From Psammoneis japonica (taxonomy: Eukaryota): 64,000 bases of DNA. The notes beneath the pieces are model-generated. The model saw only the letters and a list, made by a program, of their open reading frames with translations. It did not search any database and was not told the DNA's origin. Location of the stretch: assembly GCA_008632985.1 (NCBI GenBank), contig QPGO01000055.1, forward strand, positions 1-64,000. The letters run 5' to 3'. Position 1 is the stretch's first letter. Every line of letters begins with the position of its first letter. Both the position numbers and the translations under genes were made by a program. This document shows positions 48,859-59,449 of this stretch, in pieces.

Positions 48859-51800
48859 ATGAAGAGAGAACGGTGTGAAGAATCAAGTGTTTGGCCCAAC
48901 AAGAAAGCGAGTGCTCCTTCAAATACCGGCTTCGCTAACGCACGATGGCCCTTGGTGCCCCCTCAATCGTCATCTCGCCGCCAGAGCCGTTCGTTGCTTG
49001 TTGCCAATGCTCCCCCGGGTCATACAGCTGCGGCTGCTGCTGCTGATGCTGCCATAGGCTCTTCGGCAGCCTCGGCAGCAAGGCCAGCGGGGTCTCCTGA
49101 CGGCAGCATACGGCAGCACATGAGTGACTTGAATACTCTGCAGCAGAAAAGGCCTCCGCAACTGGAGGAAACAGAGAACGAAGAAAAGGATCGGAAACCA
49201 GCTCATATACCTTCGGAAAAGGATAGTTCCAGGATAGCTTCGCTGAGTCCTGCGAGGCTTCAAGCTAAGCACTACATTCCGAGCGCATTATCTGTGATGG
49301 TTGATCAGGAAGATGATTTTTGCGGCTTGAAATTTATGAACAATGCATTTAGGATCGTTTCTGCGGGGGCTTTTACTGTGTGGTTGAGCCTCATAGTCTT
49401 GGCATTTTGGATTACTCCGAGGGAGATGGTGGTGCAGTTGGAAGCGGTGGAGCAACTAGCAGCCACGGTGGCAGCATGCTTAATTGGCCTCGCCATGTGC
49501 ACAAAGATCTTCCCTATCATTATAAAGCGCGGTAGAAGATCTATGAGTGGAATCTTACTAGGGGCAATTACTGTTCAGGCTATTGCTCTTTCCACAAATG
49601 TAATCATGGCATGCTGCCAAGTCCCGATATTGAGAGACCCAGTTACGGGCTCAAAGGTCTTTTTGCTTCGATGGTGTGAATGGGTCCCTCTTGCATTTGC
49701 CATGACGTTCTTTACAGAAGGCATGGGTGTAGTGGGGAAGCATGAATTCCGAAAGCACCCTGACGACAACAGGTCCACGATCTTGTACTATTGGAGCATA
49801 CTGAAAATTCCCATTCTAATGGCCGCAGCTCAAATGGTTTCGACATTTATGGGATACGTATTTCCGTTTTGCCCAGGGATGACTTCCTGGACGATTGCCA
49901 TGGTTTTCTCGTGTGTCCTGTACTTACTAATCTTTCCAAGACTTTACCACAAAAGAAAAGAAGTTCGAGAATCGAGCATGGCTGCAGATGACTCTGAACA
50001 GCATGAACGAGATGTCTTGGCCTATCGATTGCTTTGTACCTGCGTCGTATGTTGGACCCTCTTGGTGGTGTCTTATTTTGTTGGAGCGCTCGCTCATCTT
50101 GTTGCTCCAAAGGATAGCTTTTGGGCAAATCCATCTCTACCGTTTTTCTGCGATGCCACCATCGATGTTGTAGCAAAGGCAGTGTATATGGACATTATAG
50201 TGGATATTCACAGTGTCATGTTTGATGGCCAAGCCCGATCGACCAGACGCTTAGAAGAGCTAAGGCGGATGATGGCTGTGGTTTGGGATTGTTCCTCCGA
50301 TGTTATTGTGCTTTCTGTGAAAGGACTCGACAAAACGGTAACTACGATGATCTCCCCTACTTTCAACAAAATTGAAAATCTGTTGATGAATCATGCTGAT
50401 GATACCGCTCCAATTGTGTTCGAAATGAACGTTGCCGATCTGAAGCAAAATGCTACGAAGAACGTGTTAGAGGCGGCTGATATCTGCTTCTTAGACACTC
50501 GGAAAGCCGATCACGTCTTATCTCGAAAAGAATCGGTCGATCCAGCCTCCCACCCAGCATTTTTGTCCATTCGAAATGTAGTCAGAGAAGGATGGGCAAT
50601 TCCCACTCAAGAGGAAACGATTCTCCACGAAATCGTTTCAACAAATAGAGACGCAATTGCGTGCGAAACCAAGGTAACGCGGCTGGGCTTGCACGCCTTG
50701 GTGCTTGTTCTGCGAGACATTTCGGAACGGCGCATGAGATTCGAAGCCGAGAAAACCGCGATTTCAGAAAGTACCGCCAGAGAAAAGGACGCAGAAGCCA
50801 ATCGCTTTACTCGTCACGAGGTGAAGAATGGACTGTTGGCGTCCATTGGACTATGTGATTCTCTCAGAGAAGCCATTGCTGAGCAGACTGGGCGCCCAAT
50901 CGATAGAACTACTTCAGAGAATTTGAGTAGCCTTCGACTTATGTCTTTGTTGGAATCCAACAAAAAGGAAAAATGGAAGGACCCTCAAGCTTTACAACGG
51001 AATACTTCAGGGCAGGATGGGGGCCAGGCATTGATGACAGATTTGGATTTGACGTTGAGGAATATTCTGGATACTGTTCTCTCGGAAGCCATGGCTAGGG
51101 ATGTCATTCACGAGGTATACAGGCCAAAGTTAGAGAGAGTCAGTCTGCGTTCCGTATTAAGTGGAGGAACCGATAGCTCGGTCACGAACAGATTCCCCTT
51201 TGTGACGGATCCCTCACCCCTCCCTCACTTTATGTTCGACGTGCAACTGCTAAAGTTTATCCACGGCAATGCAGTTTCAAACGCCTGTAAATACGGGAAA
51301 AAAGGTGGGGTGGTTCTGACAGAAGTGCGGCATTTACCTAGAAGCAACGAAATTGTCATGGATGTCATTAATCTTCCCGGAGAAAACCACTCCAGAATTC
51401 TGGCAATGGGAGAAGCAGCGGCAGAAGGTGTCTTTGCGGCTAGCAACAGACTAGAGCTCAACAACCACCTTACCGAGACCACAGCTTCGCATTCCTCAGG
51501 AGACGGTGCTTGGATCTCGCAGAAGTGTGCCAGGACGCTAGGAGGAGCTTGTTCCATTCGATTTGAGCCAAGTAGGACTGTTTTCACTCTTCGTTGTCCG
51601 GCAACGACCTGCGACGCCGCCTTGGGAGTTCCTTCGAACTTCCGACTACCCGATAACACCTGGGGGATAGCTATTGATGATTCAAAAATCCAGCGCAAAA
51701 TGTTACAACGGATTTTCAGTTTGGCTGGGATACCCATGTCACAGCAGGTGCTACTTGGCCAGTCCCTTGAAGAAATCAGAGGCTTTGCCAGAACGGTGGT

Positions 51801-52452
51801 CGACCTTGTGAAGAACCATCCCAATGCTTACTTTCTGGTTATTGTGGACGAAAACCTAGAAATAACAATGGCGAGTCACAAGGAGCAAACGATCTCAGGA
51901 TCTCTTACAATTCAAAAACTACGACAAGAAATGGGCCCCGTTTTAGAAGAACGCATGTTGGCAGTAGTTCGGTCCGCTAACGATTCCTCACACGACATTG
52001 AAGTTTATAATTCTCGCGCACATGGATTTATCCACAAGGCTCCAATAAGCAAGAACAAAGTTATGGAAGTGCTGGCACCTTTGTGGGTCAAGCGATTTGC
52101 TGGAAAATTCCCTGACTCGGTTGATACTGAGGCAGTTGAAGAAGACGACAAGACCGAGCAAGAGGAAACCAAAACAGATCTCGACACGGCCGTTGATACA
52201 GCTTTTGGTGTGATGGAGTCACTAGAAGTAATCGATGCACTTTGTATGGGAGATGAATCCTCTATAGCCCCACGATGGTCTCTGATTAAGGAAAAGCTTC
52301 AAGAGCTAGACGGAGAGCTCCGAACTCTGGAACGAAGCGAAGTCGTTGAAGCCGCCCTTGCTGCTATTTCTTCACTGAACGTGCCTCGCATTCCAATCGA
52401 CTTTCTTTCCCAATGGGCATCTATTCGGGCATTAATCATACGAGTAGTTTAG
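48859..52452 (+). CDS. Rhodopsin-histidine kinase-receiver hybrid (8-TM microbial rhodopsin-like domain, PAS-like linker, HisKA, HATPase, REC, degenerate HPt-like tail)
   Basis: RWCEW (helix C), DVVAK (helix G, K440), RHEVKNGL (H-box, H653), NAVSNACKYG (N-box), GDGAW (G2), IDDSKIQRKML/IVDENL (REC, D997). Single uninterrupted ORF. Confidence 0.85.
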   Translation: MKRERCEESSVWPNKKASAPSNTGFANARWPLVPPQSSSRRQSRSLLVANAPPGHTAAAAAADAAIGSSAASAARPAGSPDGSIRQHMSDLNTLQQKRPPQLEETENEEKDRKPAHIPSEKDSSRIASLSPARLQAKHYIPSALSVMVDQEDDFCGLKFMNNAFRIVSAGAFTVWLSLIVLAFWITPREMVVQLEAVEQLAATVAACLIGLAMCTKIFPIIIKRGRRSMSGILLGAITVQAIALSTNVIMACCQVPILRDPVTGSKVFLLRWCEWVPLAFAMTFFTEGMGVVGKHEFRKHPDDNRSTILYYWSILKIPILMAAAQMVSTFMGYVFPFCPGMTSWTIAMVFSCVLYLLIFPRLYHKRKEVRESSMAADDSEQHERDVLAYRLLCTCVVCWTLLVVSYFVGALAHLVAPKDSFWANPSLPFFCDATIDVVAKAVYMDIIVDIHSVMFDGQARSTRRLEELRRMMAVVWDCSSDVIVLSVKGLDKTVTTMISPTFNKIENLLMNHADDTAPIVFEMNVADLKQNATKNVLEAADICFLDTRKADHVLSRKESVDPASHPAFLSIRNVVREGWAIPTQEETILHEIVSTNRDAIACETKVTRLGLHALVLVLRDISERRMRFEAEKTAISESTAREKDAEANRFTRHEVKNGLLASIGLCDSLREAIAEQTGRPIDRTTSENLSSLRLMSLLESNKKEKWKDPQALQRNTSGQDGGQALMTDLDLTLRNILDTVLSEAMARDVIHEVYRPKLERVSLRSVLSGGTDSSVTNRFPFVTDPSPLPHFMFDVQLLKFIHGNAVSNACKYGKKGGVVLTEVRHLPRSNEIVMDVINLPGENHSRILAMGEAAAEGVFAASNRLELNNHLTETTASHSSGDGAWISQKCARTLGGACSIRFEPSRTVFTLRCPATTCDAALGVPSNFRLPDNTWGIAIDDSKIQRKMLQRIFSLAGIPMSQQVLLGQSLEEIRGFARTVVDLVKNHPNAYFLVIVDENLEITMASHKEQTISGSLTIQKLRQEMGPVLEERMLAVVRSANDSSHDIEVYNSRAHGFIHKAPISKNKVMEVLAPLWVKRFAGKFPDSVDTEAVEEDDKTEQEETKTDLDTAVDTAFGVMESLEVIDALCMGDESSIAPRWSLIKEKLQELDGELRTLERSEVVEAALAAISSLNVPRIPIDFLSQWASIRALIIRVV

Positions 52453-52654
52453 ACTTTGCTATATTTGTTGATTCATAGGGCTCTACTTTTTGTGTTCGAA
52501 TGCTGCCGAATGACGCAGAGACGACATGAATTCGCGCAGACAAGCACACGCAACACGCACTCATCAATAGCACGGCTGTTGCAACGTTCAACGTGCCTCT
52601 TGTGTGTTCATACTGTTTCGCTTGTTGTATCTTGGCTATCTCAAAAGTAACAAC

Positions 52655-53317
52655 ATGTCTCTTCTTTCTGGTGCGTCTAAGGAACAAGCCGTAGCTTCTC
52701 TGGCAGCTTTTGGTATGGTGGTAGTGCTCCAACTAGTTATGGCTCGACGTCAAAACAACTTGACCGCTTCGGCTCGGAGGCAGCTGCAGCATGTCATGAC
52801 GGGACAAGTCTTGATTGGAATTTCCTACATTTTGCCGATCGATATATGCATCAAGCTTCTTGTATTGGGTTGCATCGCAATCGCGGTGGCGAGTCGGACA
52901 CGTTGGTACTTGGAAAACTTTGCACCCCTCCTCCGACCACATGAAAGAGAAAAGGCAGCTCTGCCCGGGGCATTCTATTTTCTTCTTGGAACAATATTGG
53001 TTGCCTACTTTTTTGAACTAGAGATTGCACGATATGCCGTATTGTGCTTATCCTACGCCGACCCATTGGCGTCGTTTGTGGGGCAAAAATACCCACTCGG
53101 AAACATCAATGCGCACACGTCGTTGGGTGGGAGCATCGCTTGCTGGATTACGTCAGCTACGTTGGGAATAATATGCTTTGGCTTTGACTCACTCGCTCAA
53201 GTTATCCTGGGCGCAACAACATGCACTGTGGCGGAAGCAATTCCATTTTTCAATGACAACCTGATGATTCCAATCATGACTGCCGCAAGTATTCATGTAT
53301 ACAATCTGTACTATTGA
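52655..53317 (+). CDS. CTP-dependent polyprenol kinase family membrane protein (phytol/dolichol kinase-like)
   Basis: RRQLQHVMTG, LRPHE, ADPLASFVG, SLGGS, AE..NDNL.IP motifs; multi-TM. Confidence 0.8.
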   Translation: MSLLSGASKEQAVASLAAFGMVVVLQLVMARRQNNLTASARRQLQHVMTGQVLIGISYILPIDICIKLLVLGCIAIAVASRTRWYLENFAPLLRPHEREKAALPGAFYFLLGTILVAYFFELEIARYAVLCLSYADPLASFVGQKYPLGNINAHTSLGGSIACWITSATLGIICFGFDSLAQVILGATTCTVAEAIPFFNDNLMIPIMTAASIHVYNLYY

Positions 53318-53989
53318 AGAGTGCCCTCTGTGTACAAGTATGATCTATTGCTGCACTGCACATGAATTGCAATGATTGCTATTGCTCTCATCAAAGGATT
53401 CATCCACTCTGAGAGTTATCGACGTAACTGCTCTTGATTCTCAATCTAACGCTATTACAGAACGAGGTGGACGCAAAGAACGTTTAGGCTAGGGACCAAG
53501 GATTATTTCACATCTACTCAAGTTTTACTCTTGAGCTCAATTTTGCACTCTGCTCGGTCAATTCATGTCTCTATTAGTGCTATTTCATATAGACACCTCC
53601 TGCGGTGCAAGCTCCGGACACAGGACAGAAGTGATGCGGTCGTAGCCCGCGAAGTGACGAGAGGAGCGAGAGAAACGACTCGGTGCAGAGATGCTTCTCA
53701 GAATTAAAGCGGAGTTGTTACGTTTCATGATGAGGGATTATACTCACGAATCGTGGTATAGAATGTTGGTACACCGAGCAATTCAGATTTCGGAATCAGA
53801 AATAATGTTTGTCACACCTACTTCGTCAAACCGTTTCAAGACATCAGGAGCGTGGTTGTAGCTCCGTTATAAAGTCCGATTTTCGTGCAATCGAAAAGCT
53901 GAGGCAGTCGGCCACCGCATTTCTCCGGCTACAAGCTGCAGTCATCAGACTTGGACTCCACGCCTTGGCATACTTTGAACGATTCACCA

Positions 53990-55790
53990 ATGTTTAGCAA
54001 AGACGAACTGCTATCACACCTTCGACTTGGTCGGTGGGGCAGAGCAAGCGCTGTTCTGAGATCAGAAAGAGGTACAGAACTCGCAAAACAAGTGGACCGT
54101 AACGGAGATTTGCCTCTGCATGTGCTCGTAAGTTGTCTGAATGAGTGGAATGGCGACTTGTTTGATGTTGCCAATCTTTTGATAAAATTGCATCCCGAGG
54201 GTCCGGCAACGAAGAACAACAATGGCGACCTACCGATCCATAGGGCTTCGAAATTTACACATGAAGTTGGTGTGATTACAATGCTTGCAGAGAGTTATCC
54301 CGAGGGTCTCGCGACGCAAAACGAGATGGGAAACCTACCCATTCATGAAGCTGTACAGAAGCCGCGCAACATCAAAGTAGTGAGATGCCTTGTCGAAAGA
54401 TATCAAGAGGGACTAAAGATATCTAACATTAACGGCAACTTGGCGATCCACGAAGCTCTTACCCCCAATGGTTGCGCAGCCGAGATTGTGTCCGAGTTGA
54501 TCACCACGTATCCTCAAGGACTTCAGCAGAAAAATGAGGATGGACGCCTACCGATTCATTTAGCGATCACCATGAGAGATGGTGACGCAGCAATGGCTAT
54601 TGCAAAAGCATTCCCCGAGGGACTAGAGAGACGTGATTATGATGGAAAAGGTTTGCTTCCAATACCCATATATTGCATTCGATCTGGCTGCCCTGCGCAA
54701 AAGGCAGAGGTTGTTTCAGAATTGGTTAAGGTCTACACACGATCGCTTGCAGAAAAGCGGAAGGCGACTAATGAGAAAGCCATGTTGCTGCTCGAAAAAG
54801 AGAACAAGCAGCTCACTGAAGAGCTCGCATTACTCAAATCACAGAAGGTACCGATTGAAGGCGCACTTGACGTAGTGACCAAGGAAAGCTGTGCCAAGAA
54901 GCAGAAAGTGGCAGATGAAACCCGTTCGTTGTTCATGAAGGCGAAAGAGCAGGTCGCCAAGGAGTGCGAGTCACTGAGATCGCAGAAGGCAGCGTTGGAA
55001 GGATCGCTTGCTACTTTAACCAAAAAAAAATGATGTGCTTCAAAATAGAATTTTGGCCATCGAGAAGGAACGAGAAGGAGCGTCTTCTTCGCTTGCCACT
55101 GTGCTAGACGAGAAGGCGACTGTCGAGAGCTCACTTAGTGCAATCACGCAAGAGCGCAATGAACTCCTCGAAGGTCTCGCTTCTGGCAAGGCCGCTCTCG
55201 CTTCTGCTGAGAATGAGAATGTGCAACTTAAAGAAAAGGTTGCATCTCTTCAAGAGGAGAACCTGCGGCTTCGGGACTCGGCGAACTCTGCTAAGTCGTC
55301 GCAACCTCCAGCGAACGAGGAGAAAGATGAGCTCGAAGAGCAGGTAGCTTCTGTCGAGACTGGAGTTGAGGAGTCTCTGTCCATGATTGAAAATTCAGTC
55401 AACGAGGAAGACAGGCAGAATGCTTTTAGCACATTGGGCGAGTTCCTTCTCTCTAGGAAATCAGAACGAGCGGCTATTCACTTGGTAACTGGCGAACTCG
55501 ATGCAGAAGAGTCCCTGGACATGCTCAAAGTCATTGCACGGTCATTGAAGTCTCGAGTCGACTCGTTGAAGAGCAAGGTTTGCCCCGACAGCAAGCCCTC
55601 AGCATTCCATGGAATTCTCGAACACTATCTGAGTTCTCCCGCCGCACGACTGTCGAAAGACTCGCTTCTCCGGGTAGTGGACGAACTGGACAAGGAACTG
55701 TCGGAACTAGAAACCAACCGCATTGAATCAAAGGAAGTTCAGCGCGGTTCTGCTTCAAGTGAAAATATCGGGAGAGGTGATAGTTTGTAG
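53990..55790 (+). CDS. Ankyrin-repeat + coiled-coil protein; frameshift in A9 run at 55022-55030
   Basis: Repeated GDLPLH/GNLPIHEA/YPEGL units. The coiled coil continues in the next frame right after the homopolymer. Confidence 0.8.
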
Positions 55791-55919
55791 CTGTCTCAAC
55801 CACAACCCCTTCCAATGACAGCAGTGTGAGTACGTCTTAAAACGGAGAGCGCTGTAAATTGCCTTTCCGCTGTCTAGATGTGTGACGACGTCTTTTAAAA
55901 AGTAGTTCTATGATCCAGG

Positions 55920-56117
55920 ACCCAGTAGACTCCTCTCCAGAGAGCTCTCCACTCTAGCATAGGGCCTACTCTAGAGCAGAAGGGCCCTATCGTCGCAGTG
56001 AATAATCAGCATGGTAATTGGTAATACAGTAGGTAGGGCTAGCTACTAGTAGTAGCTAGAGCTACTCTAGCTTAGCTACCGGTAGAGTAGAGAGTAGAGT
56101 CGTCTACGGCTGCTACT
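55920..56117. repeat. CTAG/AGCT/AGAGT-rich low-complexity tract
   Basis: gctagctactagtagtagctagagctactctagcttagctacc..agagtagagagtagagt. Confidence 0.75.
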
Positions 56118-56347
56118 AAATTTTTCGCAGGTTGAAGGGTTTCGATCGACCTACAGACGATGGCGGGAAACAAGTCTTATCTCTATCTATTTTAGATACT
56201 CTAGAATTGATGGCAATGGCGCAGCGCCGGCAACTGGCATAGCTTCTAACTGCCACGACATTGAAGAGTACTGGAGCAACGTGTTGGTCTGTATCTTTCT
56301 ACATCGTACGAGTACTGTGCAACCTCTGTGGTGTGTGGTGTGAGGCC

Positions 56348-57526
56348 ATGCGATTTGGAAGACATTCTTTGGCAGCTCTTTGTTGGGCTACTGCAAGTCG
56401 AGGCTTTGCGTCGTCTCAATTCATTTCCGTCGCAGCAGCCAGGAGTACATCTACTCGTACTGCGTTTCTAGCATCTCATCATCGACGTCATTTAGTAAAC
56501 AAAAGCAGATTTGTTGGTAAAAGAAACATGTCATCAGAATCAACAACTGCTGTGACAGAGGCGTCTAAATCCAGAATTGCTCTGTTGCAATTCAAAGTCA
56601 CGTCCGATAAGGAAACCAATCACAAGACGGCTTCATCTTATATCAAACGCGCAGTCGATTCTGGTGCCAAAATGGTGGTACTTCCTGAAATTTGGAATTC
56701 GCCGTATGCCACGAGTGCCTTTGGAGATTACGCCGAAGTTCTCAGTCAAGACTCGCTTGTGGACGCTCCTTCGGCCCAATTGCTTGTCGACTTGGCCATG
56801 CTGCATAATATTTGGATTGTTGGTGGAAGCATACCAGAAATCGATAATGAAAAACTATACAATACCTGTCTTGTCATTTCACCCGAGGGAAGCATTGTAG
56901 CTAAGCATCGCAAAATTCACCTTTTTGATGTCAATGTTCCCGGCGGCATTCAATTTCGTGAATCAGATACGCTAGATGCTGGAAGCTCAGTAACATGTTT
57001 TGACAGTGGAGACGACTTTGGTATGGTGGGCGTCGGCATATGGTAAGCTACATTCGTACAGCTGCATCACCTATGGTTCCTTTTAGTGTTTATGTGGATA
57101 CCTCATGAGCTGATTCCGCTTTGCAGCTACGACATTCGTTTTCCAGAGTATGCCATGATTCTCGCTCAAGAGCACAAGTGCAAGCTACTGATTTACCCTG
57201 GTGCCTTTAACTTGACCACTGGGCCTGCCCATTGGGAGTTGCTGATCCGAGCACGTGCCGTCGACAACCAGTGCTTTGTTGTCATGGCGTCTCCGGCTCG
57301 ATCCGACCCACCAAAGGAGGCCGGGAAGTATCCTCATTATACAGCATGGGGACATTCGACTGTTTGCGCACCATGGGGTGATGTTGTTGCAACGACAGAC
57401 GAGAAGGAAAGTCTGGTGGTAACTGACTTGAACTTTGATCTTGTGGAGGAAATGCGACAGGCTATTCCGTGTGGCAATCAGAAGCGTCATGATTTGTACA
57501 AGGTACAAGAAGTTAAGGAATCGTAG
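56348..57526 (+). CDS. NIT2: Omega-amidase NIT2 (carbon-nitrogen hydrolase) with organellar presequence
   Basis: LPEIWNSPY, HRKIHLFD, GICYDIRFPE (across intron 57043-57126), FNLTTGPAHWELL.RARAVDNQ. Confidence 0.92.
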
Positions 57527-57603
57527 TTAAGATCGCATTAAAAAGGACAATGTCTTGAATATGCTTTTGCGCTTAAGAGGCGCAAGGGTATTATTGCATG
57601 ACC

Positions 57604-58677
57604 CTATAGAGCATCGGCGTCTCCCTGCTGGCGATACCGTTCCACTGCTCGCTCGTAATTTCTTTGCAGTCCATCGCGCAAATGCTTCATAAAGAGTAGT
57701 CCCAGCACCATGTAGATACAACCGACAACAACCATGAGCCACGAGGTCACCTTGATGAAGAGGGGCGCCCATGCGATATGGAATTCATCAAATGCCTCGC
57801 TACCACCAGTCTTGGTAAATGCGTAACAATCACCTCGTAGGCTTCCTCCATCCCGATCAAGCCCACGAACGAATAGATAAATCCACGAGTAAAGAAGTTT
57901 TGAAAGAAATCAGAGTTCTGTATGAATCCCACTTTCACGTCGAATTCAACCAGGAGAAAATCAAACAAAACAGTGACACATAGGCACTGAAAGGGGTTGT
58001 GAGTTTGCGTGCAATGGGAAATGGGTTTGTCAGCGCAAAAAAAAAAAAAGCCGACAAAAATGATTTATAACGCGGAATACCTTACCGTAGAGCCAGTTGA
58101 AGAACACCAATTTGATCCAGAGGTACTAAAAAGAGAGGAAGAAGTTGTGTGGCTAGCAAACCTAGACAGGCAACGATTGCCAGCATTTGAACAAGAGTGA
58201 AGAAATGAAGACAGCAATTCTTTCGTGGGGCACGAGCAACATCTGACTTCTTTTTTCTCTTTGTTTTCTTCTTCTTTTTGGGCTTATCTTGATGCCACTC
58301 TTTGCCATGTTTGACATTTTTGTCGTCCTTGTCGTTGAGGCCATTCTCCTCTTCCTCCTCAGAAACCGCACCATAACTATTTGCTTTCGGCTCGTCATTG
58401 TCCTGATCACCACCGTCTTGCAAGGATACTGCTCCAGTCCCAAATAGAGGTGCCGCTTCGTCGTCCTGGTCGCTGCTACGTGGTTAAAGTGAGAAGCGAA
58501 GGAAATGCAAAAATACTCCGTGAGAAAGATACAAATCGTATACATTTGGATCTTTTGCGTCTTTCTTTATGAGTCAAAAACTAGCAGCTTTAGAAATTTG
58601 AATACTCACGTTGCGACTTTGCCCTCTTCAAGCCATGTAGGCGATGCTTCTTCTTTATCGTCTCCTTTCTTCGCCAT
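57604..58677 (-). CDS. COPI-associated/TVP15-like four-TM membrane protein; apparent single-base frameshifts near 57960 and 57825
   Basis: MAKKGDDKEE start, TM segments, RGFIYSFVGLIG and VVGCIYMVLGLL motifs; GT-AG introns. Confidence 0.7.
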
Positions 58678-59449
58678 TGTTGCCAGCTTTCTTTTTTATT
58701 TCATCGCCGAAAAGAAAAAAAACCAGGCCTGCGGGGAGCATTGACCACTTGTCTTTCTTTGTGGGTGTGGGTGTATGTGTGCCGTTACGTTGCATGCTGT
58801 ATTGCCTGTACGTACTTAGGGCCCTACCGCCGGGCGGGGCCGGTATTGTGGCGGCTGAGTAAGTGGCGTGGCCACCGCACCGGTGACGCGGATGACCGTT
58901 ATATTTGATGTCTCATGCCATTTTTGGGGCTGTAGCGAGGTGCACGGACACTCTTTTTTTCCAATTTATCGCCATAATAGCGCATCGCACAAACTCACTT
59001 ATTGTTCGATATGTTTTCCCCAATATGACTTTTTCGTGTAGAATTCACGATAAATTATCTTTGTTTATAACTGAATACATTTTTGAACATGCCACGCCGG
59101 CAATCCCAATTTTTCAGAACTTTCGAGCTCTCCTGAAAAACCGTGCCACGTACCCGTCGTAGGGAATTTATCGATTTTTTAGGATGTCCCCACAACCTCT
59201 CATGTCCTCAATGATCATTCTACGAATCCGAAGAACTCATCTGCACTAAACAACCCATACCCTTTCAAAATCCAAGGGACACACTTTCAAATTCAGACGG
59301 ACAACCCCACTGCCCGACTGCCCGACTGCCCGACCCCCTGACTGCCGGACCGACACGAAAAAGTCTGCAATCACCAACCACTTTTAGCAGCGCAGGGGGG
59401 AGGACAGACGCACCCACCTCCCAACCCACGCAGCCTTGAACGACCTGAA

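Noticed and set aside
55022..55033. Programmed ribosomal frameshift at the A9 run
   Set aside because: No evident stimulatory structure, and other genes here show similar indels; an assembly error is more parsimonious.
59309..59350. actgcccg x3 as the terminal repeat of the YR element
   Set aside because: The other end is outside the window, so ITR or split-direct-repeat structure cannot be verified.
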